From a virus (lineage: Duplodnaviria > Caudoviricetes), in IMG/VR virus record IMGVR_UViG_3300037067_001739, positions 1 through 64,000 of that record: a stretch of DNA of 64,000 nucleotides; one strand, given 5' to 3'. Below the pieces are notes generated by a model, which worked only from the letters and a program-made list of their open reading frames with translations, was not told the DNA's origin and ran no database searches. The position numbers and the translations under genes are program-made. Numbering within the stretch: the first letter of the stretch is position 1; every line of letters begins with the position of its first letter. Below, piece after piece: positions 21,588 through 31,315 of this stretch.

Positions 21588-22331
21588 ATGGAATTTAGCT
21601 ACACTATGCTCCATTCATATATGACATGTGAGTATAGCTATTATTTGAGATACATCGAAAGAGTGCCCATTAAAGAGTCTTCAGCATCAGTGTTTGGTAC
21701 TGCTGTTCATAGAACTATAAAGATTGGGTACGATAATAACCTACCAAGAGACGAGTGGGCTAAAATATTCAGAAAAGAGTGGATGGCTCTAACGTCAAAT
21801 AAGGACATTGTGTTCTCATCTGAAGGTGAGTACCTGAAAAAGTTCAAAGATGGTGCTGATATGGTTACCAACTATTATGATAAGTTTGTAAAGCGGCACA
21901 AACCACCACAGATGACCGAGTTCTTCTTTGGTAGAGATAAAGCTGTTAAGATTGGTGAGCATATCATTATTGGTGTGTTCGACCAGATTGATGCAAAAGA
22001 TAGGGTTATAGACTATAAGAGTGGTGTGAAACCAACCAAGAATAAGCTGGACTTGGATTTGCAGTTTACTATTTATAGTTATGCTTACAGGCAACTTTTT
22101 GGAAAAGAGGAAGGTGGTTTAATTCTTAGGCACTTGGGTACTATGAAAGACTTGACCACGACCCGTACAGAGGATGACTTCAGACTTTTAGAGGAAGAGG
22201 TTGATAAGGTTGCCAAGAGATTAAAGGGTAAACTGTTCATCAGAAGTTTGGACAGAGGATGCGACAATTGCTACTTCTTCGAGCATTGTCTAGGTAAGGA
22301 ACGCATTTATGGTAGAAGGCAGTATAGCTAA
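21588..22331 (+). CDS. RecB/AddB/Cas4-like PD-(D/E)XK exonuclease
   Basis: FSY...C, GTAVH, GVFD...IDYKSG, QFTIY, C-terminal CDNCYFFEHC. Confidence 0.88.
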   Translation: MEFSYTMLHSYMTCEYSYYLRYIERVPIKESSASVFGTAVHRTIKIGYDNNLPRDEWAKIFRKEWMALTSNKDIVFSSEGEYLKKFKDGADMVTNYYDKFVKRHKPPQMTEFFFGRDKAVKIGEHIIIGVFDQIDAKDRVIDYKSGVKPTKNKLDLDLQFTIYSYAYRQLFGKEEGGLILRHLGTMKDLTTTRTEDDFRLLEEEVDKVAKRLKGKLFIRSLDRGCDNCYFFEHCLGKERIYGRRQYS

Positions 22332-22770
22332 TATGTCAATAATTGTCAGGGACATGATACGAAACTACTACAATCTAGACGATTCCTCTAGATTAGATTT
22401 GGATAGAGCCATCGGGAAGCTCATTGAACGTGATGCCCTCGTTGGTGACGACTTAATTATTTTGCGGCTTACACTGGATGGTGTTCACTATACCGATGTT
22501 GCTAGAACAGTTGGTGTAGTTAGCCGTAAGGTTAGTAGAAGAATTGCTATCATTGCTGACAAGCTTTCTGATGAATTAGGGGAAGAATACCAAGACGATA
22601 AAATTATTAAGGAAGTTGAGAGACGGCTAGGTAGACCGCTAACCGATGAAGAAACGGCGTTCTGTTGGCAGGTCATTAAGACTGGTCATCCTCTGAAGAA
22701 GGGACTTAGCATCTTCAACTTTAAGGTGGGGGATGACGGATTTATCTTTGAAGATAAAACAGAGGGATAG
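22309..22770 (+). CDS. Hypothetical protein with possible HTH
   Basis: YTDVARTVGVVSRKVSRRI segment. Confidence 0.4.
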   Translation: MVEGSIANMSIIVRDMIRNYYNLDDSSRLDLDRAIGKLIERDALVGDDLIILRLTLDGVHYTDVARTVGVVSRKVSRRIAIIADKLSDELGEEYQDDKIIKEVERRLGRPLTDEETAFCWQVIKTGHPLKKGLSIFNFKVGDDGFIFEDKTEG

Positions 22771-23557
22771 GTGGACTTGCAGGTTATGTGGGGCAAAGTT
22801 TATTGACCTACAGACAGCAAGATATGGCAATGATAATGATGACATAAATAGCTGGATAACTCTTTGTAGTGGTTGTCTGAAAAAGCTATTCGAGATGCCA
22901 CCAGAGGATGCCAAAGCTATTTGTGCCAAAGCGCAAAGACAGGTAAAGGTTGTTCTTATAGGTGATTGTCACGGTGACTTTGTTGGACTAGACGAAGCTC
23001 TTACTGCTGAAGCCCCATTTGACTTCTTTTTGTCTGTGGGTGATGTTGGAACTTTACATGATGTTACTCCTGATAATATCCAACTGATTGATAAGTGGGG
23101 GGATAAAGGACATTTCGTTTTTGGCAATCATGATAACTGTTGGTTCTTCAAGCAACTAGAACTCCACCAAGAGATATGTGGATTAAACGTTGCTAGTTTG
23201 AATGGTATGTTAAAAAGCAGAACGTTCTTGAAGGAAACACCTAATAATATATCATTTCGTGAGGTCATGTACTTGTCTCATCTGAAGAATATAGACATTT
23301 TGGTTACACACCAACCACCTACTGGACTGTTCAGTGATGCTGGTGAACCTGTTCTTGGGGAATTGCTAAACTATTTAGTCCCCAAGATATATATAAGTGG
23401 ACACATTCATCAATATAAATTGAAGTTTCATTTACAGACATTCGTAATATCGCTACCAATGATTCATAAGGGTCATGTAGTGGCTTACTTTCAAGGTAAT
23501 GACCTAAGAAACATTGAGATTGTTCTAAAGAAAGGAAAGAAAGTAATAAGAGTATGA
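22733..23557 (+). CDS. Degenerate HNH-like zinc finger fused to a metallophosphoesterase
   Basis: RDRWTCRLCG...ITLCSGC, then GDCHG, VGDVG, GNHD, THQPP, SGHIH. Confidence 0.75.
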   Translation: MTDLSLKIKQRDRWTCRLCGAKFIDLQTARYGNDNDDINSWITLCSGCLKKLFEMPPEDAKAICAKAQRQVKVVLIGDCHGDFVGLDEALTAEAPFDFFLSVGDVGTLHDVTPDNIQLIDKWGDKGHFVFGNHDNCWFFKQLELHQEICGLNVASLNGMLKSRTFLKETPNNISFREVMYLSHLKNIDILVTHQPPTGLFSDAGEPVLGELLNYLVPKIYISGHIHQYKLKFHLQTFVISLPMIHKGHVVAYFQGNDLRNIEIVLKKGKKVIRV

Positions 23558-24129
23558 TTAGAGTTGCATTTACTGGCGCACCAGACTCAGGTAAAACGAC
23601 ACTAGCAAAGATGGTGTCAGCAAGGATGAATTTGAAGGGATATGTACCTGCTTACATTCATGAGTTTGCGAGGGATTATATCACAAAGTACGGTATCAGA
23701 CCGAACACTGTAGCGGAGCAGTTCTACGTCTTGAGAACGCAGGAAAAGCGGGAAAGGGAAATGTGTTCTGGTTCTACCCAAATAATGTACACCGATTGTC
23801 CTATTATGCTTTCTTACATCTATGCTATTGACTTGGTAAAAGATGAGAAAGACCTTGATATGCTTTCTGAGCTATACGGTGAAACATTACGGTTAATGAA
23901 GAATCGCTATGACCTCATTTTCTACCTTCGTCCGTTCAGAGAGACCGTAAAAGATGACGTGAGGGCGCAGGATTGGGATAGAATAGCGAAGCTTGATGAC
24001 CAAGTTAAAGCATTCCTAGTTCTGCATGGTATCGTTCACACCGAACTAACTGATACTAACATGGAACACAGGGTTGACTATGTTGAGGGTGCTATTGAAC
24101 ACGCACTCATGAAGGAGCAATATGCGTGA
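23554..24129 (+). CDS. NadR/AAA_28-type P-loop kinase
   Basis: TGAPDSGKTT, EFARDY, YDLIFYL, DDVR. Confidence 0.8.
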   Translation: MIRVAFTGAPDSGKTTLAKMVSARMNLKGYVPAYIHEFARDYITKYGIRPNTVAEQFYVLRTQEKREREMCSGSTQIMYTDCPIMLSYIYAIDLVKDEKDLDMLSELYGETLRLMKNRYDLIFYLRPFRETVKDDVRAQDWDRIAKLDDQVKAFLVLHGIVHTELTDTNMEHRVDYVEGAIEHALMKEQYA

Positions 24130-24841
24130 GGTGACAGCGTATTTACTGGCATTCGGTTCTCTACTTGAGGGAGACGACTACCAGTGGGACGGAATCTTGT
24201 TAGCAAAGAATAATCCTAATGGGTATCTGATGGCAGTTGTTCTTGACCAAGGTATGAAAGCCGAGAAGGTGTGGGCAATGCCTAACAAACTTCCTTGGAA
24301 TTGGGGCAATATGGAAGAGCTTGCTGTTCAGCCACTAGAGAAAACTGAGCAGGACTTAAAAGCGGTGGGTTGTAGGTATTGGAGAAATATGGCACGTTTT
24401 ATTAAAGATGATGCTCGTATTCTTATGGATAAGTACAATGGATGGGCTGAGAATATCTGGATGGATTACCCAACATCTATCCAAATGTATGAAAGGTTCT
24501 TAGAATTTAAGGGCATTGGTCAAAAGAAAGCGTCTATGGCAGTAAACATTCTTGTGCGTGACTGTAGTGTTCCAGTCAGTGACAAATCGGGAATAGATGT
24601 TTCTTATGATAAACACATAAGACAGGTGTTCTTGAGGTCTGGTCTTGCTGAATATGATGACCTTAACCATATTGTTGATGTAGCTCGCAAAGAGAAACCT
24701 GAGTATCCAGGGGCTTTGGACAAACCGTCATGGTATGTCGGTAGAGATTGGTGCTTTAATCAGAGTCCTGATTGTGCTCATTGTCCGCTAGGAAACGTCT
24801 GTGCTAAGAAGACCGAGATTGTTATAAAGGGAGAGGAATAA
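24122..24841 (+). CDS. HhH-GPD/endonuclease III-family DNA glycosylase with Fe-S cluster
   Basis: FKGIGQKKA HhH motif, DKHIRQV, CFNQSPDCAHCPLGNVC. Confidence 0.85.
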   Translation: MREVTAYLLAFGSLLEGDDYQWDGILLAKNNPNGYLMAVVLDQGMKAEKVWAMPNKLPWNWGNMEELAVQPLEKTEQDLKAVGCRYWRNMARFIKDDARILMDKYNGWAENIWMDYPTSIQMYERFLEFKGIGQKKASMAVNILVRDCSVPVSDKSGIDVSYDKHIRQVFLRSGLAEYDDLNHIVDVARKEKPEYPGALDKPSWYVGRDWCFNQSPDCAHCPLGNVCAKKTEIVIKGEE

Positions 24842-25037
24842 ATGCCAATTGAGAAGTTAGGTGCTGAAGTTCGTGACTCTGACATTGACCCTAGTAGTAT
24901 TACAATGAATCGTAAAATGCAGAGACAACTTTGCTGTTCTAGGTGTGGAGAAACCCAATTTGGTTTGCGCAGGGTCAGGGATAAAGACGGCAAGAAAGTA
25001 AGACCTGCAAAGTATATTTGTATGGAGTGTTACAAAG

Positions 25038-25289
25038 ATGGCAGATTACGGTGAAGGCATGAAAGCATTCGTTAGGTGTCCATCCTGCAAGCACTTGGTT
25101 TTTACGAACCATGTGCTACATCTTATGACACTTATCTTAGGTAAAGAAAAGTACATATGTAAGCAATGTGGTACTGTTCTCGATTTTATTCCTGTTTACC
25201 TGTGTTCACGAGAGTTGGGAGATAAGTGCAAGGAATGTGACTTCCGCTTCTCATGCTACTCCATGAGAACAGCCACCAAAGAGGCTTGA
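25038..25289 (+). CDS. Zinc-ribbon protein with CxxCxxRFxCYS motif
   Basis: CPSC, CKQC, CKECDFRFSCYS. Confidence 0.6.
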   Translation: MADYGEGMKAFVRCPSCKHLVFTNHVLHLMTLILGKEKYICKQCGTVLDFIPVYLCSRELGDKCKECDFRFSCYSMRTATKEA

Positions 25290-25314
25290 CTCTAGCTTTG
25301 GCTTGTGCTACAAT
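25286..25314 (+). promoter_or_regulatory. Sigma70-type promoter, probably giving a leaderless mRNA
   Basis: TTGACT-17 nt-TACAAT; ATG at 25321 lies 7 nt past the -10. Confidence 0.7.
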
Positions 25315-25320
25315 GGTAGT

Positions 25321-25548
25321 ATGGGGATAGTAGAGATTTTAGGATTTATTGCGGGTGGTTGTGTCGTTGGTTCTATGGCGTTAAAGAATGTCAAATGGAT
25401 AAAGATATTACTTATAGCTGGTTCTGTCCTGTTCTTGACCTATGGAATCATCTTGATGTTATACCCAATCATATTTATTAACACCATTGGACTTATCATT
25501 GGAATTATTTCTTTGATAAGATTGTTAAAAGCCACTAAGAGGGCTTGA
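25321..25548 (+). CDS. Small three-TM membrane protein (YgjV/PQ-loop-like)
   Basis: Hydrophobic helices; GSVLFLTYG...PIIFIN. Confidence 0.55.
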   Translation: MGIVEILGFIAGGCVVGSMALKNVKWIKILLIAGSVLFLTYGIILMLYPIIFINTIGLIIGIISLIRLLKATKRA

Positions 25549-25573
25549 CAATGACCATAGTATGTGTTATAAT
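25545..25573 (+). promoter_or_regulatory. Sigma70-type promoter
   Basis: TTGACA-17 nt-TATAAT with TG. Confidence 0.85.
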
Positions 25574-25585
25574 TAGATTGGGAGA

Positions 25586-25876
25586 GTGAAAAAAGATATG
25601 AAAATTTCACAAGCTTTACAAGCACAAAAAGCAATCTCAGCGGAGATTTCTCATCTGAGAGGGTTAGAACAGCAAAAGGCATGGTCTTACCGTTCAATGG
25701 AGACCCCTGACGCTGAAATGAAGCCTAACTTCGACTTCGAGAAGAATCATGAGAACGTAAAAAGACTCTCAAGACTCCATACGAAGCTTGGTCAGGCAAT
25801 CGCTAGAACGAACCTCGAACAAGACCTTATTGGTCTCAACGAGAAGGACATCAGCGAATTAGAGGAGTGGGTCTAA
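25586..25876 (+). CDS. Coiled-coil protein, DIP1984-like
   Basis: MKISQAL...LGQAIARTN pattern. Confidence 0.45.
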   Translation: MKKDMKISQALQAQKAISAEISHLRGLEQQKAWSYRSMETPDAEMKPNFDFEKNHENVKRLSRLHTKLGQAIARTNLEQDLIGLNEKDISELEEWV

Positions 25877-26072
25877 ACCCACGACCTCCCAAGCCTACTG
25901 ATTGGGAAGCAGTTGATTTTTGCAGTCTTACGACAGCTATGTTGTTCTACGTATCTACTGTACAGTCCATCGGTAAAGAGGCGAAGCAGAAGGAATTTCT
26001 CGTGTATCCGTACCATATAAATTGTGTATCCGTGTTTAGCGAGAATCTCTCTTCTCTTTCGGTAGGTGATTT

Positions 26073-26146
26073 GCGTCTATAGTGTTAATATAGCATCTTA
26101 CGCTTCCAACGTAGGGGTCAGGGTTTGAGTCCCTGTAGGCGCTCCA
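26073..26146 (+). tRNA. tRNA-Gly(TCC)
   Basis: GCGTCTA/TAGGCGC acceptor, loop CTTCCAA, U73, CCA encoded. Confidence 0.85.
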
Positions 26147-26328
26147 TGAAAAATTGGTTGGATACCTTAAAAGAAGACGAGAAAAAATGTAAAAATTGCG
26201 GAACTCCCTTTTCAGGTAATGAGGAAGTTTGGGTAGCGGATGATGGCTACATTAAAGTAAAACACATTATCTGTGGCTGTGGTACAATTCTAGTATTGGA
26301 TGTATTATATAGTCAGGAGAATGATTGA
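26146..26328 (+). CDS. Small zinc-ribbon protein starting at the tRNA CCA
   Basis: CCATG overlap; CKNCG...ICGCG. Confidence 0.55.
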   Translation: MKNWLDTLKEDEKKCKNCGTPFSGNEEVWVADDGYIKVKHIICGCGTILVLDVLYSQEND

Positions 26329-26570
26329 AAGAGATACGCCTAAGACCAAGAATAGCAGAACATGATTTACAAACAAAAATTCGTGCTGTAAGACGACTCG
26401 TACTAAAAGATAAGGTTAAAGTTCAGGTCTTTTTTAAGGGACGTGAATATACTCATCTAGAGTTGGGTCTTAATGTACTGAATAGGGTTGTTGAAGAAAC
26501 AAAGGACGTTGCAAGAGTGGAATCTAGCGTTGCTAAAGACCGCTACTTTGTTGTCTTAGTGAGTGTTTAA
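26325..26570 (+). CDS. infC: Translation initiation factor IF-3, C-terminal domain only
   Basis: KEIRLRPRIAEHDLQTK...DKVKVQVFFKGRE; AGGAG RBS before a TTG start. Confidence 0.85.
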   Translation: MKEIRLRPRIAEHDLQTKIRAVRRLVLKDKVKVQVFFKGREYTHLELGLNVLNRVVEETKDVARVESSVAKDRYFVVLVSV

Positions 26571-26605
26571 GGGTGTTCAAGCCATCCCTCACACCTATTC
26601 ACAGA

Positions 26606-26678
26606 AGCGGGTAGGACAAGCGGCTAAGTCACAGTCCTCATAAGGTTTGAGGACAGGGTTCAACTCCCTGACCCGCTA
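26606..26678 (+). tRNA. tRNA with CAT anticodon (Met or Ile2); weak anticodon stem
   Basis: AGCGGGT/ACCCGCT acceptor, loop CTCATAA, T-arm CAGGG-TTCAACT-CCCTG; no CCA. Confidence 0.65.
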
Positions 26679-27444
26679 AGAAAAAGGAGAGTGAAAGTAT
26701 GGGTGTTTACGACATGCTACCGAATGGTAGTCAAGTAAAACTGTGGAACTGTGATATGGAAACCAAAGAAAAAGGTGACCATGTTCCAGATTTTGGTTTG
26801 CCTGAGTACATTGTCCTCTTGAGAGAGGGTGGATTTGTTCATGTCGAAGGCGGTGTTATTACTGATATAAGAGAGAATACCGTGACAAAATTCTATCCAG
26901 AAGATTTCCCTGGAGTTGCCTGCTTCGATAAGTGGGGTGGACGTGTAGAGGCACATGGTGACCTCATAGGTGAATTCCAAGGAATTGCGGGAATGGATGA
27001 CCCGTATTATTTTTAGGAGATACGAATGAAATACTGGAGTAATGTAGTAGTTGAAGGGCATTGCATGGGGAATGAAGACGAGGATGGCAAGAATCCTTGT
27101 GGAAGACACGTTCCCTCTCCATTCTGTTTAGGAAATGGTAGATGCGGAATTTGTCCTCATTTCGGTTGGACAGATGCTACTGAAAGAGATGCCGCTCGCT
27201 TTGTACCGCTTCGGATTATCCTTTGGGATAAGATAAAGATTTATGCGTATGAAGTTTGGTCTCATTTGGAATGGTTCTTTTGGGGTCAGCTTTGGTTCAA
27301 CAGACGTAAGATGGACGAGTTCTTCAAGAGCATAGAAGTTATACCTGATGACGACCCTTGCATGGTTCACTTCCGTAAGGAAGAGGAAAAGTCTCAGGCT
27401 AAATTTGAGAAGTGGTTTCCTAAAGCTAAAAAAGAGTGGTAAAA

Positions 27445-27714
27445 ATGCCGATATACGAGTTTGAATGTACGAAATGCGGGCATTCTGAAGACTATATACT
27501 TACCTTTGACCAAATGAAGAATAACCCCCCAAGCTGTTCCAAATGTGGTAGTCCTACAAAGTACACGTTTGGTAGAGTTCATGCTCATTATAAGGGTACT
27601 GGATTCTACACTACTGAGAAACGTGGGATTACTGGTAGAAAACGTAAACCTACAATCAAAGTAGGAAACGTTAGTGACCTACCACCAGAGGAAAGGGAGA
27701 AACATCTTGGGTGA
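27445..27714 (+). CDS. FmdB-family zinc-ribbon protein
   Basis: MPIYEFECTKCGH...CSKCG...YKGTGFYTT. Confidence 0.85.
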   Translation: MPIYEFECTKCGHSEDYILTFDQMKNNPPSCSKCGSPTKYTFGRVHAHYKGTGFYTTEKRGITGRKRKPTIKVGNVSDLPPEEREKHLG

Positions 27715-28660
27715 GTTTACTAAGGATGAACTTAGAGCTAAGTTACACGAAGCTCAAGTTCCCTATTTAGAGAGAAATAAGGAAAGGTTAGAAACGATAA
27801 AACCAAAGTGGGAAGCACATCAGGCGAATGTACCAGACATCAACAATCTTAATCCCTATATTGAGATTGCGGATGGTAAGAAAGACTTGCTAGATTTGCT
27901 GTTCTACGGTAGGATGACAATATCGAGCTTTCCGTTTAGTGGTGCAGTTGGCAGACGTATTCACTATCTGATTAGAAATAAACCAGATGGTTATGTGTTG
28001 GGTCTGGTTGTTCTTATGTCAGACTTAACTATTCCTATTCGTGATAAGCACATTGGATGGGATAGAAAACAAATGTGGCAAAGAATGAACTATTTGATGA
28101 ACGTCCACCTTGCCATTAGCACACCACCGCTTTCTCAGTATTTGACTGGTAAATTAACAGCCATATCTGTAGAAAGTAAAGAGATTCAGGATTACTTTGA
28201 AAGTAAGTATGGACATAAGTTAGCCGCAATGACTTGTACGAGTCTGTTTGGGAAGTCATCTATATACAACAGACTTCAGGGCTACGAGTATTTGGGGTTA
28301 ACGAAGGGTCACAGTGTAGCTCTTGTTCCTGTGGAAATCAAAGACAAAATGCGTGAGGACTTCAAGAAAGAGAAAGGTAAGCATTCTGAAGTCTACTACA
28401 ATGAAGATGGCACAGTAAAAGAGCGTTACGGTGTAGTTAAAGGATTCCAGAAGTTGCAGAAATATTATGATGTTCAGCAAACTGAGAATCAAAGAGGTAC
28501 GTACATTATTCCTCTAGCAGATAATTATAAAGAGTTTCTTCGTGGTGAAACAGATGATTTGAGGACATTCAATCATCCGTCATTTGAGGAACTAACTCAA
28601 CATTGGAAGGAACGTTGGTTAGATGGTCGTATCGAAAGAGTTAAAGCTGGTCTGATATGA
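27674..28660 (+). CDS. DUF4338/DruA-like domain protein
   Basis: GRRIHYLI, RDKHIGWD, GKLTA, TSLFGKSSIYNRL, LGLTKG. Confidence 0.68.
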   Translation: MTYHQRKGRNILGEFTKDELRAKLHEAQVPYLERNKERLETIKPKWEAHQANVPDINNLNPYIEIADGKKDLLDLLFYGRMTISSFPFSGAVGRRIHYLIRNKPDGYVLGLVVLMSDLTIPIRDKHIGWDRKQMWQRMNYLMNVHLAISTPPLSQYLTGKLTAISVESKEIQDYFESKYGHKLAAMTCTSLFGKSSIYNRLQGYEYLGLTKGHSVALVPVEIKDKMREDFKKEKGKHSEVYYNEDGTVKERYGVVKGFQKLQKYYDVQQTENQRGTYIIPLADNYKEFLRGETDDLRTFNHPSFEELTQHWKERWLDGRIERVKAGLI

Positions 28661-28839
28661 TAGAAGTCGAAAAAGTAGACATACCTATCACTACCTTTGG
28701 TAGCCAGAAAGAGGAACACATTGTCTTCTGGATGTGTGACGAAGGTAAAACATTTAGTAGAACAGCCGTTTTGGGACTCCTTGAAGTTTGTAAAGATTGT
28801 AAGAAAAGGTTTATATGTGCAACGGAACGGAAGTCATAA
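28657..28839 (+). CDS. Small protein with CxxCxxRFxCxT motif
   Basis: CKDCKKRFICAT. Confidence 0.55.
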   Translation: MIEVEKVDIPITTFGSQKEEHIVFWMCDEGKTFSRTAVLGLLEVCKDCKKRFICATERKS

Positions 28840-29093
28840 ACATTCACAAGTATAAGGGAAAAGATTACACATACATTGGACGTGGTTCTCCTTTTGGTAA
28901 CCCGTTCAAGATTGGTGAGGACGGCACAAGAGAAGAGGTAATTGAAAAGTTCAAGGCATACTTTAAGGAAAGACTGGAAGACCCTCTATACAAAGTGCTA
29001 GTTCTCCAACTGAGAGGCAACAAATTAGGTTGCTTTTGTAAACCTAAAGCCTGTCATGGTGACATTATAAAAGAGTGGTTGGATGGTCAATGA
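28815..29093 (+). CDS. DUF4326-type protein
   Basis: YIGRGSPFGNPF...LRGNKLGCFCKPKACHGDII. Confidence 0.85.
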   Translation: MCNGTEVINIHKYKGKDYTYIGRGSPFGNPFKIGEDGTREEVIEKFKAYFKERLEDPLYKVLVLQLRGNKLGCFCKPKACHGDIIKEWLDGQ

Positions 29094-29509
29094 TGGATAT
29101 GCTAGGTGTAATTATAGCACTTGTATTAGCATTTGCTTTAATAGCTGTTTTGGCTCTTGGATGGGTCAGAGAAGTTCTGCGTTCAAAGCAGATGGAAATG
29201 AGACATCAGCAGGATATAAAAGAGCAGAGAGCAGACGCAGTTAAAAGAAGTCGGGCTGTTATTGAGGGTCAAGTGTTTGAACAACTTGTTCCGCACTTTC
29301 CTCAGTGGAAGCATACTCCTAGTGAGGCTAGGTTCTTAGGTTCACCTATAGATTATGTAGTGTTTGATGGCATGTCTACGGGTAAGCCAGAGAAAGTAGT
29401 CTTGGTAGAAGTAAAGAAGGGTCAAAGCACCACGACACCCCTTCAGAATAAGATAAAGAAGCTGATAAAAGAGGGCAAAGTGGAGTGGGAAACCCTTGAG
29501 TTGGAGTGA
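29075..29509 (+). CDS. Membrane-anchored Holliday junction resolvase-like endonuclease
   Basis: N-terminal TM helix; RSRAVIEGQVFEQLVPH, ARFLGSPIDYVVFDG, VEVKKG. Confidence 0.8.
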   Translation: MVGWSMMDMLGVIIALVLAFALIAVLALGWVREVLRSKQMEMRHQQDIKEQRADAVKRSRAVIEGQVFEQLVPHFPQWKHTPSEARFLGSPIDYVVFDGMSTGKPEKVVLVEVKKGQSTTTPLQNKIKKLIKEGKVEWETLELE

Positions 29510-29960
29510 GAAGATGCAAGAAATTTTTGAAGATATTTGGAAGCAACATAAACAAGGTAGGTGGGTTGTTATCACCACGAATGGCGACATTAAAAATGAT
29601 GGTACTTGCGTAATGGGTCGAGGGGTAGCTAAACAAGCGGCAGACAGGTTTCCTGAGCTTCCGTATGAGCTAGGTAAGCGAATTGTGAGTGCGGGTAATG
29701 TGGTCAATGTTTTTGAAGACTTGAAGATTATCACACTACCTGTAAAGCATCATTGGAAAGATAAAGCAGATTTGAACCTAATCGAAAAGTCCTTACAGCA
29801 ACTTGTAGCTTGGGCTGACAAACCACCACGCAAGCATGGCAAGTTCTATATGGTAAGACCAGGCTGTTCTAATGGTAAGCGTGATTGGGAATCTGAAGTT
29901 AAGCCGCTCTGTGAGAAGTACCTTGATAATAGGTTCGTAATTGTAGAACGGAACAGTTAA
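29496..29960 (+). CDS. Macro-domain-like ADP-ribose-binding protein
   Basis: VITTNG...VMGRGVAKQA...PVKHHW...RPGCSNG. Confidence 0.75.
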   Translation: MSWSEKMQEIFEDIWKQHKQGRWVVITTNGDIKNDGTCVMGRGVAKQAADRFPELPYELGKRIVSAGNVVNVFEDLKIITLPVKHHWKDKADLNLIEKSLQQLVAWADKPPRKHGKFYMVRPGCSNGKRDWESEVKPLCEKYLDNRFVIVERNS

Positions 29961-30259
29961 TGACAGCAGTAAATATAAATAAAGCAGAAGAAAAAATGAT
30001 TAGCAATGGCGATGCCAAGGGTGCTTTCGAGTCCATGCTGACAAGGTTCAATCGTATGGTTCAGGGTTCTGGTTTGTTCAGGGAACTCAAAGAGAATCAA
30101 TCTTACGAGAAACCTTCAGACAGGAGACGTAGAAAGAAGAGAGAGGCACTCGCAAGGATGCGTAAGGAAGGGAAAAATGCCGTATATACCCGTAGAAGAC
30201 CGAGAAAAGCTAGACCATTGGATAGACAACGTTCTGTTTCACCTGTCAAGCATAAGTAA
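29960..30259 (+). CDS. rpsU: Ribosomal protein bS21 homolog
   Basis: FESMLTRFNRMVQGSGLFRELKENQSYEKPSDRRRRKKREA. Confidence 0.82.
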   Translation: MTAVNINKAEEKMISNGDAKGAFESMLTRFNRMVQGSGLFRELKENQSYEKPSDRRRRKKREALARMRKEGKNAVYTRRRPRKARPLDRQRSVSPVKHK

Positions 30260-30443
30260 AAAAGAGGGTGCAATAAATTACATCTTTACTAGGATACTTG
30301 ATGATGTCTATGGTAAGGGTGGATACAGTGCTTACAATGCGGTTGCAGGTATACTAGGCTGTGTTGACAAGGAATTCTACAGACGTAAAGTTGCTCCTTA
30401 CGAGGACATTAAAAAGCAGGAGAATGGTGATGTTTATAGTTAA
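30177..30443 (+). CDS. Conserved phage hypothetical protein
   Basis: MPYI...GAINYIFT...EFYRRKVAPYEDIKKQENGDV. Confidence 0.65.
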   Translation: MPYIPVEDREKLDHWIDNVLFHLSSISKKEGAINYIFTRILDDVYGKGGYSAYNAVAGILGCVDKEFYRRKVAPYEDIKKQENGDVYS

Positions 30444-30969
30444 AGGTGTTTACGCCGTTAAGTTCTATCCGAATGGTTCTGTGAGTCGCAACAAGAATTC
30501 GTTTACGATGCCATTGAACACAGAAAAAGGTGTCATGGCTTTTATTGACGAGCAGAAACCTTTTGAAAGTATTCAAATATTGAATGCTGACACAAAGGAA
30601 GACTTAACAAAATACTTTTTAGGAGACTAAATTGGCAGACAAAGAGGGAACTGTACCTATGCAATGTACGCATTGCCGTAGAACAGCGGATTATTCTCCG
30701 TTGCGTCTAGGAAGGGTTTGTGGTAATTGTAAAACAGGTAGATGGATACCTAAACAAAAGGGGGAAGCTATGAAAGACCAGACAGGTAAAGAGATTGACA
30801 GGGAGTTCGCACCAAACAAGCGTAACCCTGAAGATAAATATAAGGTCACTGTGGTCAAGAAAGACCCTGATTATGACGTAACTCAGGATGAGACCAAGAG
30901 ACCCATCGTGACTAAGAAGACTACATAAAAAATTTTTTGAAAATTATTAAAAAATAGCCCAAAAAAGGC

Positions 30970-30998
30970 TTGACAAAACGGTTCTCATGTGTTATAAT
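30970..30998 (+). promoter_or_regulatory. Sigma70-type promoter heading the tRNA array
   Basis: TTGACA-17 nt-TATAAT with TG and an A-rich UP-like region. Confidence 0.88.
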
Positions 30999-31137
30999 GA
31001 TAGTAGAAAGTGAGAAATGGGATTGCCCATTCAGGAGTGCGAATGATTGATAGACATAATACAATATATGATTTAGGTTGGGGTAAAAAGTTTGCCCCCG
31101 AATCGCACACTGATTTGGTTAAGCAAGGTGAATATAT

Positions 31138-31214
31138 GGGGATGTAGCTCAGTCGGTTAGAGCATTGCGTTGACATCGCAAAGGTCACAGATTCAAGTTC
31201 TGTCATCCCTACCA
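31138..31214 (+). tRNA. tRNA-Val(GAC)
   Basis: Cloverleaf, loop TTGACAT, CCA. Confidence 0.92.
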
Positions 31215-31237
31215 CAAGTGGGGATTTATTATTTTAT

Positions 31238-31312
31238 GGGGACGTGGTGTAACGGCAACACAGCAGTCTGATATACTGCAATCTGATGGTTCAAATCCAT
31301 CCGTCCCTACCA
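31238..31312 (+). tRNA. tRNA-Ile(GAT)
   Basis: Cloverleaf, loop CTGATAT, CCA. Confidence 0.88.
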
Positions 31313-31315
31313 TAA

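Noticed and set aside
21588-22331. CRISPR-Cas system (Cas4-like gene)
   Set aside because: No repeat-spacer array or other cas genes are visible; the gene lies in the recombination module as a RecB-like exonuclease.
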